This document shows positions 13,546 through 25,619 of a stretch of 64,000 bases of DNA, piece by piece. The notes under the pieces were generated by a model that worked only from the letters and a program-made list of their open reading frames with translations, made no database searches and was not told the DNA's origin. Origin of the DNA: Ramazzottius varieornatus. Lineage: Eukaryota > Animalia > Tardigrada. A program made the translations under genes and the position numbers. The stretch spans positions 434,001-498,000 of the forward strand of contig BDGG01000013.1 of NCBI GenBank assembly GCA_001949185.1, read 5' to 3'. Position 1 is the stretch's first letter. Each line of letters starts with the position of its first letter.

Positions 13546-15478
13546 GGGAGAGAAGGCCACCGGCTGAGCATGTCGCGGTTATGGATGAGGTACTCCGTCA
13601 TCTTCCTGTCCAGTCTTGGCTTTCCAAATGTAACGATGCCTGCCAAGATGGATGCTTTTTTGATGAGGCGCGACACCAACGCACATGTCCTGTTATATTT
13701 TCCATATCGTCTCATCACATGGCATTCATAAACAAAACTCGTAACGTTCGGCTTCTTCATTTTAAGAACTAATTTCCTCTTCGTCTCTCGGCGCGAGAAA
13801 AAAACTCTTGTCGAAAAATACAATAGACATGGTCTCACGATCACATTCTCAAGAAGCTCACAGTTGGGCAAATTTTGCAAATTACCAAAGTTGGGAGGCG
13901 GAGTGCGTTGGTTTTCTGCAAAATTTCAACTGAGATTGTTACTGTATACTGCAACTGCAATTCCGCTTTCAGTGTTTTGTAGCGCAGGTTCTCCAAAGCT
14001 GCGATGTACAGGGTGATCCCTATAAGTTCGAACGATTGTTGGTCGTGAATAGAAAAATTAGCTGTGCTTTCACTTCACCGAAAATTCGAATGGTTGGGAA
14101 GCTCATGGCTCTAGTGTCTGAAATCGAACCTGCTCTCCTCCTTCCGGGTTCGCTACTTCCAGAAATAACTTGCAGTACTAGTCCGTAATGCCCAAAACTG
14201 AACCAGCAGGAGAAAAAAAACCACCAGATAAACACGTCCACTACCTTACTGCGCGTAGATGACGCTTGTGTATTCCCTCATCTCGCTAAGTTCTTGAACC
14301 ATTCAATAGGTTTCTGTCCCTGCAAGTCCTGAAGAACAGATTAGTTTAAACCGGGTGGTTCTACGACCAGAGCACCTTGGTGGAAAGCATGTGCAGATCT
14401 CAGACCTTTACTGATGAAGCACCCTGACGTCAGCGAACAGCGTGGCTAACTATGCTGAAGTTCGAGGTGAAGTTAGATGATCGTTGTTGAACGTGTAATT
14501 TATGACGGTCATATGTTTCAATTTTATGGTCGCCATCAACCTCCTTTACGGTCTTTCATTACTTTCGCACCGATCCAAAGAGCAGCCTTCACGGCACGAA
14601 ACGGTCATATACTCAGGGCTATATTTCATCATTTAATTCATAATACTGTAAAAGCCTATCACACGCCTGCCACGAACCGAAGACGCGGTACCGAAGATGA
14701 ATCTTGGCAGGTTGGCAGGAAAAGTAATTGCTCTTGAGAACGACGTCCGTTTTCCGCTTTTCCATGTCCCCCCATAAAGATTAAGTACGCATAAAGTCTC
14801 CTGACTTTTTTGTTCCCTCGTGATATGGTTAGCTTGATGAAACATGCAGTGAAGTTTTCTGTGTACGAAGTTCAGCGTAAGATTTTAAGCCTGGTGGACA
14901 TTCGCAAGATTTTTGCAATTTGTAAGCGATGGGTCTTAAGAAAGAAGCGGTCATTGAAGTAGAAAATATCTTAATAATAGAATATCAATAAGCCGAGCTT
15001 ATGCTATTTGATATTTTATGAGCGGCTTATGGCAGCTTAGCATTTGCCAAATTACAAAGAAGGGGATGCCCGAGGGTGCGCTGCAGTCGTCTTTGATCAT
15101 AATGGTCGCTTGATGAGCTGACAGGAAAGCTTGACTTGGATTAACGGCAGACAAAAGGTCGCAAAAGCCCGGGTTGTTGCTGCATGGCTTTTTTGTCCGG
15201 TAGCTCTGACAAAGCCATCATGATTGCTATGTACCAAAGAGCAATTACCGTCGGTGTACATATCCATCCATCACGCTTTTGCTGTGACAGGTATGGACGC
15301 CAAAAGTCAGACCAGCTATTGTTCAGCTTTAATAATAGCATGGACAAAGGCAGCTGCCGATGGCCAGATTAATTTCCCGATCACTGTCACCGAAATGATT
15401 TTTTGACGAGTGGCTATAAACGCTCAAAAAAGTTTGTGTATGAGACGTAGCCAAATGAACTGAACCAGATCGTCGTAT

Positions 15479-15601
15479 CGAGCGGCGCACATCTCCGTTG
15501 TTGTCAGCTGGAAGCCTGTGCCACTTGGGAATACACTCGGGTTTCGCTGTATCAAGCGGCGCACGCTTTCGTTGCTACCAGATGGAAATGTGCGCCACTT
15601 G
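15479..15601. repeat. CAAGTGGCGCAC-N25-GTGCGCCACTTG family array (2 units)
   Basis: F 15479, R ~15516, F 15553, R 15590; ~25-nt spacers. Confidence 0.8.
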
Positions 15602-17217
15602 GGTCGGCGGTCTGGTTCCTATCGTGACGTCTCGTGTAGGCTTCGAGAGATCTAGAGTATAATGGTGTGAGACACATGTGACAGGTTGTCAGGCCGGAGA
15701 ACCAGCAAAATGGCCCCAATGAAACAACATTACGCCATCAGCGTTAAAGAATGAGCCCGAGAGAAGGAGAACGAGGCGAGCCCATCAGTGTTATGGAAAG
15801 CCGACAGGGGGAAAATATATGCGCGGCAGGAAATGCTGACATGTCATCATAAATCATTCTGGGGAAACTGCGAAGCTCAAACTCATTACGTGTGATAAAT
15901 TTCAAACGACGCATTTGTCAAATTGAACTTGACAGGACACAATAACCGCCTGCCGTCCGAGCTCCACTCCTGTGGCAATCATCTCCATCATTTTCCCAGC
16001 CGTATAACTCCCACACAGTACATACCATCGTAAAGTACTCGTGCTTCGCCACACAGCTCCACCGAAGTAAGGAAAAATCCTTGCGACTCTTGGGTATGTA
16101 TTAAAGGCTCAAATGCTTCAAAACCACGAGTTTCACGGCTGAAAGCTTAAACCTTGCCGCAGAAGTCAGCTGGACGACCTGAGAGACAGAATCTTCGTGC
16201 CGTTTTTCCACGATATTTCCTGCACTCGCACACGACCGTGATCGAGCCGTAAAATAGCTGCCATGAGGAGAAACGGACTAAAGCAAAAAGCCGGGTGCGA
16301 TCGCCAGTGTCCATGGCTGGTTGTTGACTCGGTTGATCAATGAGCGCGAACCGCGATGCTACGGATCCCGCCATCGCAGCTCATCAGACCTTGATCATCA
16401 GGCACATGACATCGCCGGCGCACGTCAACGCACTTCTGATAATTACTGACCATTGATCGATACAGTGACGGATCTATGATACAGTGGATGCCGCAAGAGT
16501 GATTGACACCCGGTCAGCATTCTTCCTTAATTACCACCCATTGTCAAGATAGCTCACCTACGACAATGCCGCCATCTCATCATTGTGGACCGACCTACCA
16601 GAACCGAACATATATACCAGCCATCAATGTATTCCTTCTATCCTCCTGCAATGGTCCGTTTACGCGATTGCTGATCATTTCAGCTGGCTTTAAGCGTAAA
16701 AACCAGGACGACTCCGATAAATTTGCACCTCTTTTTGCGTCAAAGAGAAACAAAATTTCACCTTCACCTTATAATTGCACCATGAAAGAATCTGTAATAA
16801 ACAGTAATATTGCTGAAGACTTTGTCTGACGTTGACTTTAATCAAAAACGTAAGTAGCTAAGCCAGGGGTACCAGACCGTGGCACCATCTACTGTACGGC
16901 AAGCCCGCTGCTCGGTGCATCCGGTATCCACATAATTTTTTGCAGGCTCCATCCAGAAACGGATTTTTACAAGGTCCCCTACGAATCTTGTAGTGTGATT
17001 TCTGCATTGATCCGCTTTCCGCAATATTTCCGAAATGGAGCGGTGATGAGCAACGTTTTGGACAATAGTTAAAGGTTCTTTACCGTGTCACTTGGTGTCA
17101 ACTTCAGATATGGATGTGTCTTGAAGAGCTTTAAATGCCCATGTTGTTAGAGAGGTGAAAACCCACCCTGTCCGGGAAGTGCCAAATAGCAAAAACCCCC
17201 GTCACATGTGTTCTTCG

Positions 17218-18051
17218 TAATGATGAGCATTACATTTTACATTACATTATCTTACATTACAATTACACTTGTACACGACACTTAAATCACGGGGAAGTTG
17301 TAATGTAAATGTAAAATGTAATTACAACTTTTACCTGCCAGAATCTGCGGTATTTTTGGGTGTTTTGCCGCCAGAAATCTAAAAGTCGGCTGACTTACGC
17401 GGAAAATGTCAGAAACTTCCTGAGTATGGTCATTTCTCAACCGTATTTTCATCTTTGTCTGGAAGACAATCACCAAGATCTATATTCTACGCAAACATAG
17501 ACATAGCTGGCTCGTCGTTTTCGTCGCTCCTTGTCACTTTTAGGCGTTACAAACCGCTCGGTCTGTAAAATGTAAACTAGTGTAAAATGTAATTACACTT
17601 TTACAATTACACTATTTTACATTAGCTAGACTCAAAGCTGGCGTTTACCTAAATTTGGGCCGTTTGTTTAGCTAAACGGACGTTGGGATTGATCAAGCTC
17701 GCCAAACAGACCCCGCCCACTCAGTTTAGCTAAACGGATTGAAATCGTCCATTTAGCTAAACGGAGCCTGTTAATCGCCTCCGTGATGTCGGCATCGTGC
17801 GCGAAAATGTTCCGCTCAAAAAACTCCCTTCAATTTTTCTGACGTCACAGCCTTTTCTACGTACTTTGGTATGTTAGACTGTGATTGATTATTTCGGTAC
17901 TCAGACCTGAAATTTCAATTGATTACGTGCTTGGTTGATTTACTTAAACAAACGCCGTTTTTAAACGACTACTTTTACGTAAACGCCAGCTTTGAGTCTA
18001 GCTACTACACTTTCCATTACACGGACCATCTGCGTGTAATGCTCATCATTA
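17218..18051 (+). mobile_element. hAT-like MITE copy 1 (more diverged; interrupted by a nested MITE)
   Basis: 16-bp TIR TAATGATGAGCATTAC; TTACA-rich subterminal repeats; colinear with copies at 18901 and 49160. Confidence 0.9.
17623..18004. mobile_element. Nested MITE (~380 bp) with 26-bp perfect inverted ends
   Basis: TAGCTAGACTCAAAGCTGGCGTTTAC (17623-17648) and GTAAACGCCAGCTTTGAGTCTAGCTA (17979-18004); internal TTTAGCTAAACGG repeats; absent from the other two host-MITE copies. Confidence 0.9.
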
Positions 18052-18308
18052 ACGTTAACCGTACCTCTGTGACCGTACGCTGTACTCAAATATTCTGGCC
18101 ATCCGAAAACTGTAGCTACATCGGCAGTCCGGGAGCTACAGAATACGGCTAGCTTGGGTACCCGATGTACAGAATAGGAACAGTGTACTCCACCCGTACA
18201 GTCGGGAGCGTTTATGCGCTGGGAGGCCATCAAAAAGCCTACTATTATGTAGTTATAAGGGGTGGCTATCTCAACAACCGAAATTTGGGGTGGATAACTC
18301 AACAACAA

Positions 18309-18900
18309 AATACCGCAGAATGAGACTAGCCGATAACCCTTCTGAACGTTATTGGTTAGCGTAAGTTTTGAAGTGTAACATTTTCTTTTGTCAGGAGAAA
18401 ACAACGCGACCAACGTCACGGTTGTCTTTGACCATGAAGTGAGGGAAGAATTTTCCAAAGACACACCACCCGATTCACACAAAGTACTCTACTATGTACT
18501 GGCAGTTGTACCAGCAGAGCAGTCGATCAACTCCACTTTCGTCAAGAGAAGATTTCGTCATGAACTTCCACACGAGAATTTCCTCTTTGGTTTCGACATG
18601 GATGATGACGACAATAATCAAAGCTCTAGCGCACTGTAACCAGCATCAGCAAGATCAAGCTCTTTCTAACTTCTTGTGTTTCGTCGCGGAACCTCTCATG
18701 CCAATGCAACCCTCGCCGAAACCCTAAGGTTCAATGCGATCGGTTCAATTGTTTGCCTGTCATGGTTAGTCTGTCAGGAATTCAATGGACGAGGAAAATA
18801 ATGAAGCTTCCAGATATGGCAAACACAGTACGGCAAAACGACGCGCCGGTTGATTCGGGTTTCCGGCCCAGGTTGTTCCTTCATTGGATAGTGTCTCGCA
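18309..18900 (+). pseudogene. Captured copy of the last intron (minus its GT), last coding exon (18395-18639) and 3' flank of the mucin-like gene
   Basis: Reverse complement of 49597-50188 (592 bp; only one mismatch noticed). Ends in GTCTCGCA, the reverse complement of the TGCGAGAC TSD at the donor site. Confidence 0.92.
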
Positions 18901-19337
18901 TAATGATGAGCATTACATTTTACATTACAATTACACTTGTACACGACATTACAACCACGGGGAAGTTGTAATGTAAATGTAAAATGTAATTACAACTTTT
19001 ACCTGCCAGAATCTGCGGTATTTTTGGGTGTTTTGCCGCCAGAAATCTAAAAGTCGGCTGACTTACGCGGGAAAATGTCAGAAACTTCCTGAGTATGGTC
19101 ATTTTGCAACCGTATTTTCATCTTTGTCTGGAAGACAATTACTAAGATCTATATTCTACGCAAACATAGACATAGCTGGTTCGTCGTTTTCGTCGCTCCT
19201 TGTCACTTTTAGGCGTTACAAACCGCTCGGTCTGTAAAATGTAAACTGGTGTAAAATGTAATTACACTTTTACAATTACACTATTTTACATTACACTTTA
19301 CATTACACGGACCATCTGCGTGGAATGCTCATCATTA
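18901..19337 (+). mobile_element. hAT-like MITE copy 2 (437 bp)
   Basis: Same length as, and near-identical to, the reverse complement of 49160-49596 (about 3 mismatches noticed). Confidence 0.93.
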
Positions 19338-22089
19338 GTTCTTCGAGAACTCGTGGCCGGTCCGGACCTGCCAACATCATCTCTCACCCGATGGATACCG
19401 CCGGCGGGATCCTCATCGGTGACGGTTCAAATATGCAACCAGGCCCCGAGTAACGGAATCTCCACCTTGACACACACTAACTTCGGGAAGGTGCCGTTTA
19501 AGCAGGAGGTAGAAAGGATTCACGAAGACGTCAACTACCAAATTAGTGAGGCGACCGCTCAAAAAATCCCAGACTTCATCGACCGGAAGGACACAAATCT
19601 GGACATGTCCCTATTCTTGTTCAGCGCGGTAAGCTTCAAGCCAGTGGGAAGATCCTTTCTATCCGGACGCGACCCGAGAGGGACAGCTCACGATGTCCGA
19701 TGGGACAACCAAAGAGGTTTTCTCCAACGGCGAGCAGAGAAGGATATGGAGTCTGGGCAAAGTTCCTCAGAAGTCTGGGGTCACGGCGTAGAGGCATAGT
19801 CGAGGAAATTTAGGCAGGGGACGGGACAGCCCGGGCGTAAGGGTCAGCGCTTGCACGGGTCGGCTAGGGCCGGAAATGGTGGAAAAATGACCACCCTAAA
19901 TGGCTCTGATATACAAGAGGTGGAAATTCCCATCCTGGAAGAACGGGGTGGGAACGGCAGGATGGAAAAGATGGGAGCAAGTGGCAGGGTGAGATTACCG
20001 GTATTCCGTGACATCAAACCCGGAAATCACGAGTTGTAAAAGTTTCTGGTGTCTGTTTCAAGGGTTCTCAATTAATTACCCAATTTGTAACCCATAGAGT
20101 AGTATTCCTTTCAATCTCGGCCACACACCGTCAGCCAGTGCGATCCCGGCATGCCACGCGGAGCATTCCATGACATCAGTGCATCGAAACTAATAGACGA
20201 CATCAGTCCGACGGTTACAGTTACTGGGATTATCTAGGGCGGTGCTGCAATGTATAAAATGCATACCGGATCAAAAATTTGATTACGAGTTGTACCACAG
20301 TATGCCTCTGTGTATTACTAATCGATAAACTATTCAAAATACTCAGCCGGTGTGGCTGCATTTTGAACACAGTACAGTAACCCACGGCGATTCAAAAATA
20401 CTGAATCCTTTTTAAGTTTTCACCCCTCCGATTACGCAAGGACAGTCGCAGTATTTCCGAAGTCATATTCCTGTTCAGCAGCAGTTACTAGAGAAGGTTC
20501 AATGCAGGAAGATACACATCATCGCAACCAAGTAGCTATGGGTATCACCGCTTCGTGACTCGACACCGACCGCGGCTTCCATTTACTGGTCGCATCAGAA
20601 GCTCCGCTTCAGTACTGGCGCGACGTCGGGTCACTCTGTTAATAAGATCGACATTAGCATAAAGCCATCGTACTGTCTTACATCCATTTGGCTGGTGGTT
20701 CGTGGTCAATTTTCAGTTTTGGTCGGTCTAGGAAACCACCGGGCGCAAATGCGGGAAAAATTAGATGTAGTCCGATGTATTGACCCGATGGAACACGTTG
20801 GATGCGATGGGAAACGGTGTAAAGTACTTTTCTGATCCTGAGGCTGGCAGTGTTGCCTGTGCTTGCTGATGTAGAGCAGTTCGTCGTGCAGCTCTTAAGA
20901 CGAATCTGAACTGCGGATTGTACTACCTGGTCAAACAGTTCACTATACAACCAGTGACGACTCGGGACTGGCTTACCGTGTCAAGCATTATCCCATTCCT
21001 TTTTTGTTAAGTGTATTTGAGAAACCCGCTTTGATACCCGCCGGTACGGCGGCCCATCGAAGGTTTTTTTTTTGTTTGTTCAGAGCCCTGCAACATGCAG
21101 TACGTTCTGTACTGCACCACATTTTACTGCAATGCAGTGTAGTTGCAGTCGCCGAAATGGTGAGAAATGGAGTTGCTGTTTTGAAAAGGGGAACACCATT
21201 CGCCGCATTATACTGTTGTTGCCTCAAAAACAGTGGCAAAATCTTTCTGCTGGTCGGACTGTACCATTTTTCGTTTAAATCTCCGTGAAACATCCACGTT
21301 CGCGATGTATTTGGCATGTATATCCGTTTCCATGCAAAAATTCTGAATCTTTAAATGCGGTTCAGTGCAGTTGCAGTTCGGAGGATAGCCGAAAAATGCA
21401 GATGCAGTGCAGTTGCAGATTCAATTGAGGTATGGACTTACTGTATTCATTTTAGAAAGGAACAAAGCTGCGGCTGTGCTTGAAGGTGGAAGTACCACTA
21501 AGTACAGATGAGGGCTGACAGAGAGAAGGAGAAGACTATTCGCTGTGTAACTGTAACGAGATATTGCAGTTCTCAAAACTCTTCCTCTTCTTCTGCAGAG
21601 TAATTAAATTCTCTGCCGTTCTACAGAGCGTAGATTGTATATTGTAATGTGATACGTTACGTTGGTCTCATGGTGTTGACGGAAAGAAGTTTCGTTAACC
21701 TCAGATCTTGAATGGACTAACGAATCAAATCAGTAACTGGAAAAATTCACAGTTTTTGTGTCATTAAATTATCCACCCCAAGTAAAAAAGCAATCGGTCA
21801 ATCAGGTGTAGTGGAAATTTTGATATAGGGTTTACTGTATTCTCTGCGGAAATGGTTGTACGTCACTGATATCTGGTTCACTAGAGTGTTAGCGTAGCTA
21901 TTACACAAAGCCAATGGCGTCAGATCTTGGCGTATTTACGGACAGCTTTAGAAGCCGTTTTATGGAGTCAAACTACAGTAAGAGACAGCTTACAGAGAAA
22001 ACTGACGTCACACGACAGCTGAGACAGAATGGTTAACACGGTAAGCCTTGAAACTCTAGCAGATAAAATTCAGAATAAACAGAAGACAA

Positions 22090-23559
22090 CTAAAACTCGT
22101 CTGTATCAAAACTTATGAGATCGCCCACTATGCCCATCACTGAAGAATGATCCGAAGCAACATTCACCGTCTCAGGTTCGAACGCATCTTGGAATTTCTG
22201 GTCGACCATTTTACATTTGTGGAAGCAGTTAAAAATGGCGGAAGGCTTTACGCTCTTCCAAGCCTCCATAGCCCAGTCGACAGCATCAAACACCGTGAGC
22301 CCTTTCACGAAGTCTTCCACACCATTGATCACTGGGAGTTCTTCAAAAAACTCTTTGAAAAAGATGTTTTTTAAAATAATCTTTAAAACTCTTGATTATT
22401 CCAGCATCTAACAGCTGAGCTCGAGCAGTTCAATTCGGGGGGAAGAAGTGCAACGTGACATTCGAGCGGGACGAAGCTTCATGCGCGATAAAGTTGTCCA
22501 CAACCAAGAGAACATGGCGATCTTGCTTGACCATTTCCGCATTCAACCAGTCTAACCACGAGTTAAAGATTGCGGTGGTCATCCAAGCCGTGCTGTTATG
22601 ATAGTAGGAAAATCCATACTTATCTACCGTGACATCATGAACAGCATTCTTTTCAAACGCCCGAGGTCGCTCTTCTGTACCGATCACACAGATTACGAAC
22701 TTCTCACCGGCTGCAGAACAAAGAAGGAAGATAGTGATTCTGTCTTTAGCGATTCTGACGCCTGTTTTCTGCCATCTTCCAATGATGAGCGACTTCACAC
22801 CGAAATTTCTCCAAAATAAACTGGCCTCGTCAGCGTTCAGCAAGTTTCGTGGATCTACGTTCATTAGGACTTCAGGCAAATCAACGGTGAACCAGTTCTC
22901 CAGAGCTACCAGGTCCTTACTCGACTCTTCACCTATGCACAAGACCCAAGCTTTACTATCTAATCAGTCGAAGTGTACAAGTTAAACGTACACAAGTCAA
23001 ACCAAAAATGTTTCCTCATACCATGCAAAGTTTTCATGCAATGTCGTGTCTCTTCTTGAACTTTTCCATTCACCCTTGACTTCCTCTGAAACTTTCGAGC
23101 TTGAGTCTCGACGCAACAATGGTGGCCACGTTTGTTAGAAATACAGGTCTTACAGGTATTCGCCGCTTACGGACCCATTTGAGAAATTTCAAAACCCCTT
23201 CATCCACTTCCGGATACTCCAACTTGATGACTGCTTTCTTTCCCTTTCTGACACTGACTTCTCCTGTCTTCAATGCTGTCGCAGTCTTATGTCGTTCTTT
23301 GTATATTCTCCGAATACTGGATTCGCTCAAGTCGTACATGTCGGCCAAATCTCCGGCTTTAAACTACACAACAAAAAAGGGAACGATACAAATAACCAGC
23401 TACATTATTGAAGAATAAACGTAATACACTGCAGAACAAAATTACCCCATGATCCATCTTGTAAATTATCTCTGCACGACGCTGAAGAATAGTCTGGAGA
23501 ACAGCAGGTGCTATCGGCCGACGATCCTGGTTAGGTGGCCGATTCTTCAGTTTTCCCAT
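22090..23559 (-). pseudogene. pogo/Tigger (CENP-B-like) DDD transposase pseudogene with two spliceosomal introns
   Basis: HTH (LADMYDLSESSIRRIYK), CENP-B HTH (YPEVDEGVLKFLKWVRKRRIPV...FRGSQG*), and DDE_1 core NADE...VVDNF...PPN*TARAQLLDAGII (DD29D spacing). Introns 23445-23364 and 23021-22933 restore continuity. Stops at 23070 and 22430; 1-bp frameshift near 23037. Confidence 0.88.
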
Positions 23560-24165
23560 AGTACAGTCTCGGAGTAGAGCAAATGAATTCAGTAGGAAAA
23601 CGTTCGACGAGAAGTGACAGAAAATACAAAGCAATCAGCGCAGTCGGACAAAATACTATTAGTCTGTGCGAGCCATTCACTGAACAGCTTATTTCATAAC
23701 TGAACCAAGCAAAATGTGAACTCTCCGGATTGATTGGATTGATTGGATCCTGTGGCGTCACAGCTGTTTCAATCGTATGAGCTACCGCCTACCGACCATA
23801 TCTGCAGTTTCACATTTTGAATTGAATGTGCATCCATTTCCGGAGAGAATACAGTATAGGCTATATCGTCTCCCACCGCAGACTGGCTTACTAGCCTACC
23901 CCTGGGCGCTTGCCATGTGGAGGCCGAGAACTTTCAAGAAAAACCCGAAACCTTCCCTTGCCCTTCTCAAATTTCATCAGCTGTGCCTCTACGCTATGAC
24001 CCCAGACTTTTGAGGAACCTTGCCCACAGCCCATATTAAACCCTCATACTGAAAATATCGTTCGTACGCACATCGGTGTTACCGGGGACTGTATGGTTTA
24101 GCTTACTCTCATTCACGAGTTATGAATACGGAACGTGGGCAAATGAATTCACTCAGATAGCTTTG

Positions 24166-24214
24166 TAAGTGGCGTACGCTGCCAGGCAATAAGAATGATG
24201 TTGTGCGCCACTTG
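24166..24214. repeat. CAAGTGGCGCAC-N25-GTGCGCCACTTG family, single unit
   Basis: TAAGTGGCGTAC at 24166; GTGCGCCACTTG at 24203; 25-nt spacer. Confidence 0.8.
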
Positions 24215-24448
24215 AAACAACGATCAGGGAGGAATCATTGGCTGGCGTCCACTTAGTGACCTGCGCGTTCTCTACATTATCTGACGCTGAGACTGACAGG
24301 GCCGTGTATAGTATGACGTTAGCCTGTGTTTCGTAAAGTCCATTAGGAAAAGAGCGAAATTGTCCACTACCGTGAACGACTAAGATACGGGTACACCTGG
24401 AAGAAGCTGTGGACTGTTGTATGAACAGACCTTAACACTGTGCATGCA

Positions 24449-24915
24449 ACCGTCCTCTTTGTGTATACAATCACTCAGTTTTATTCACTTCCCAGTTTTA
24501 GCTTTTGGTCTTTCGGGTCTGGGTCTTTTTTTTGCATGTACCTCGGTCTTCTCACCAAAGCAACACTAATGACCAGCGGTCAGCAAAATCCCAGCACGCT
24601 GGAAATTTTTTCTACAGTTTCGGGTGGTTTTGGTGAAATTTGGTGTTTCGTCTCTTCGCGCGAAACACGTGCACGGTATTCGCTTAAAACAAACTGAGCA
24701 CTGGGAACATATCTATCGAAGCCGAGCCTGGGATAAATTTTGTAGTCATCAGTGCGGTCAGAAGAAAATCAAGACCAGTTCTCTCTTTTGAGATTTGGCG
24801 TTCATGGCCTGCCAATTATCCCAATTTTGAAATTTCGAAAATTGCCTATTGGTTGGACCAGCCTCCGCAACACGGTACCAGCCAATAAAGTTCCTGTATA
24901 CACAAAGAGGACGGT
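24449..24915. mobile_element. MITE, ~467 bp, 21-bp perfect inverted ends
   Basis: ACCGTCCTCTTTGTGTATACA (24449) and TGTATACACAAAGAGGACGGT (24895-24915); TA at the right end suggests Tc1/mariner type. Confidence 0.8.
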
Positions 24916-25619
24916 AGTATTCTGAAAACATGAAAACGATCGTGCTGAAAGTGTTAATTTTGATTGTTTTTCAGACGTGAACGAGACTGGAAACTTGAAC
25001 CTTGCGTTGACTGAAGTGAGCACTCTTCTGTTAGTATGTTCTGAATGGTTTTGTGCGAACGACTTTCTTTTCACGCTGGGGCACAACAAATTGAAAATCC
25101 CTGTTCTACTAGCTCGCGTTGCTGATCCTTCGTGAAGCTATTTCCGTACCACCGAGCTGGTTACAAAGTCGGACATCCCTTGCAGTTTGGCACAAAACCA
25201 ATGAATACAGGATGGATTTGCTAGTTTATACCGTACTCCGTACTTGCGCAGCACTCACGGTGCTTCACGCTGAAAGAGTCTAAATCAATTAATGCATTTA
25301 ATTTCAATCAGAAGGCGCTTCAGCATGCTCTCACGCATTACAACATAGCTCAAAGCCACGTGAATACATCAAATAACTTACACAACACATCGGGGAGAAA
25401 GTTTGTGACCAGCAAAAAACAACTAAAACACCATTAAAACTTTGAAGAGAAAAACAAGCGCGCAAAGCGGGAAGGAGACGGGAAATGTACTGAGTATGGA
25501 ATTATTCGTTGTGATGGGAATTTAAATGAAAAGAGTATGGATTGCTTCCAAAGGGAAACGTTGTGAATGAATCTTATCAGAAGTAGGGCGAATACGAAAT
25601 AGACCGCTACGAGCTGGGC

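Larger units (their letters stand above)
17218..19337 (+). mobile_element. Composite (Pack-type) non-autonomous hAT-like element: two direct MITE copies bracketing captured DNA
   Basis: Outer ends TAATGATGAGCATT...AATGCTCATCATTA are flanked by an identical 8-bp TSD GTTCTTCG (17210-17217 and 19338-19345). Neither internal copy has a matching TSD pair of its own. Confidence 0.88.

Noticed and set aside
17282-19237. Duplicated short ORFs (MTILRKF..., MFCRQKS..., also at 49260-49744)
   Set aside because: Chance ORFs within MITE copies and duplicated flank; no transposase similarity.
19320-20039. 159-aa ORF next to the composite element as its transposase
   Set aside because: No hAT or DDE motifs; it begins inside the TIR and lies outside the TSD-bounded unit.
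21085-21420. TGCAGTTGCAG-rich stretch
   Set aside because: Probably a repeat remnant, but no ends or TSD could be defined.
20373-24092. Candidate pogo TIRs (TACAGT.../...ACTGTA at 20373, 21831, 21974, 23851, 24087)
   Set aside because: No pair matches beyond ~6-8 bp in the orientation needed to enclose the transposase.
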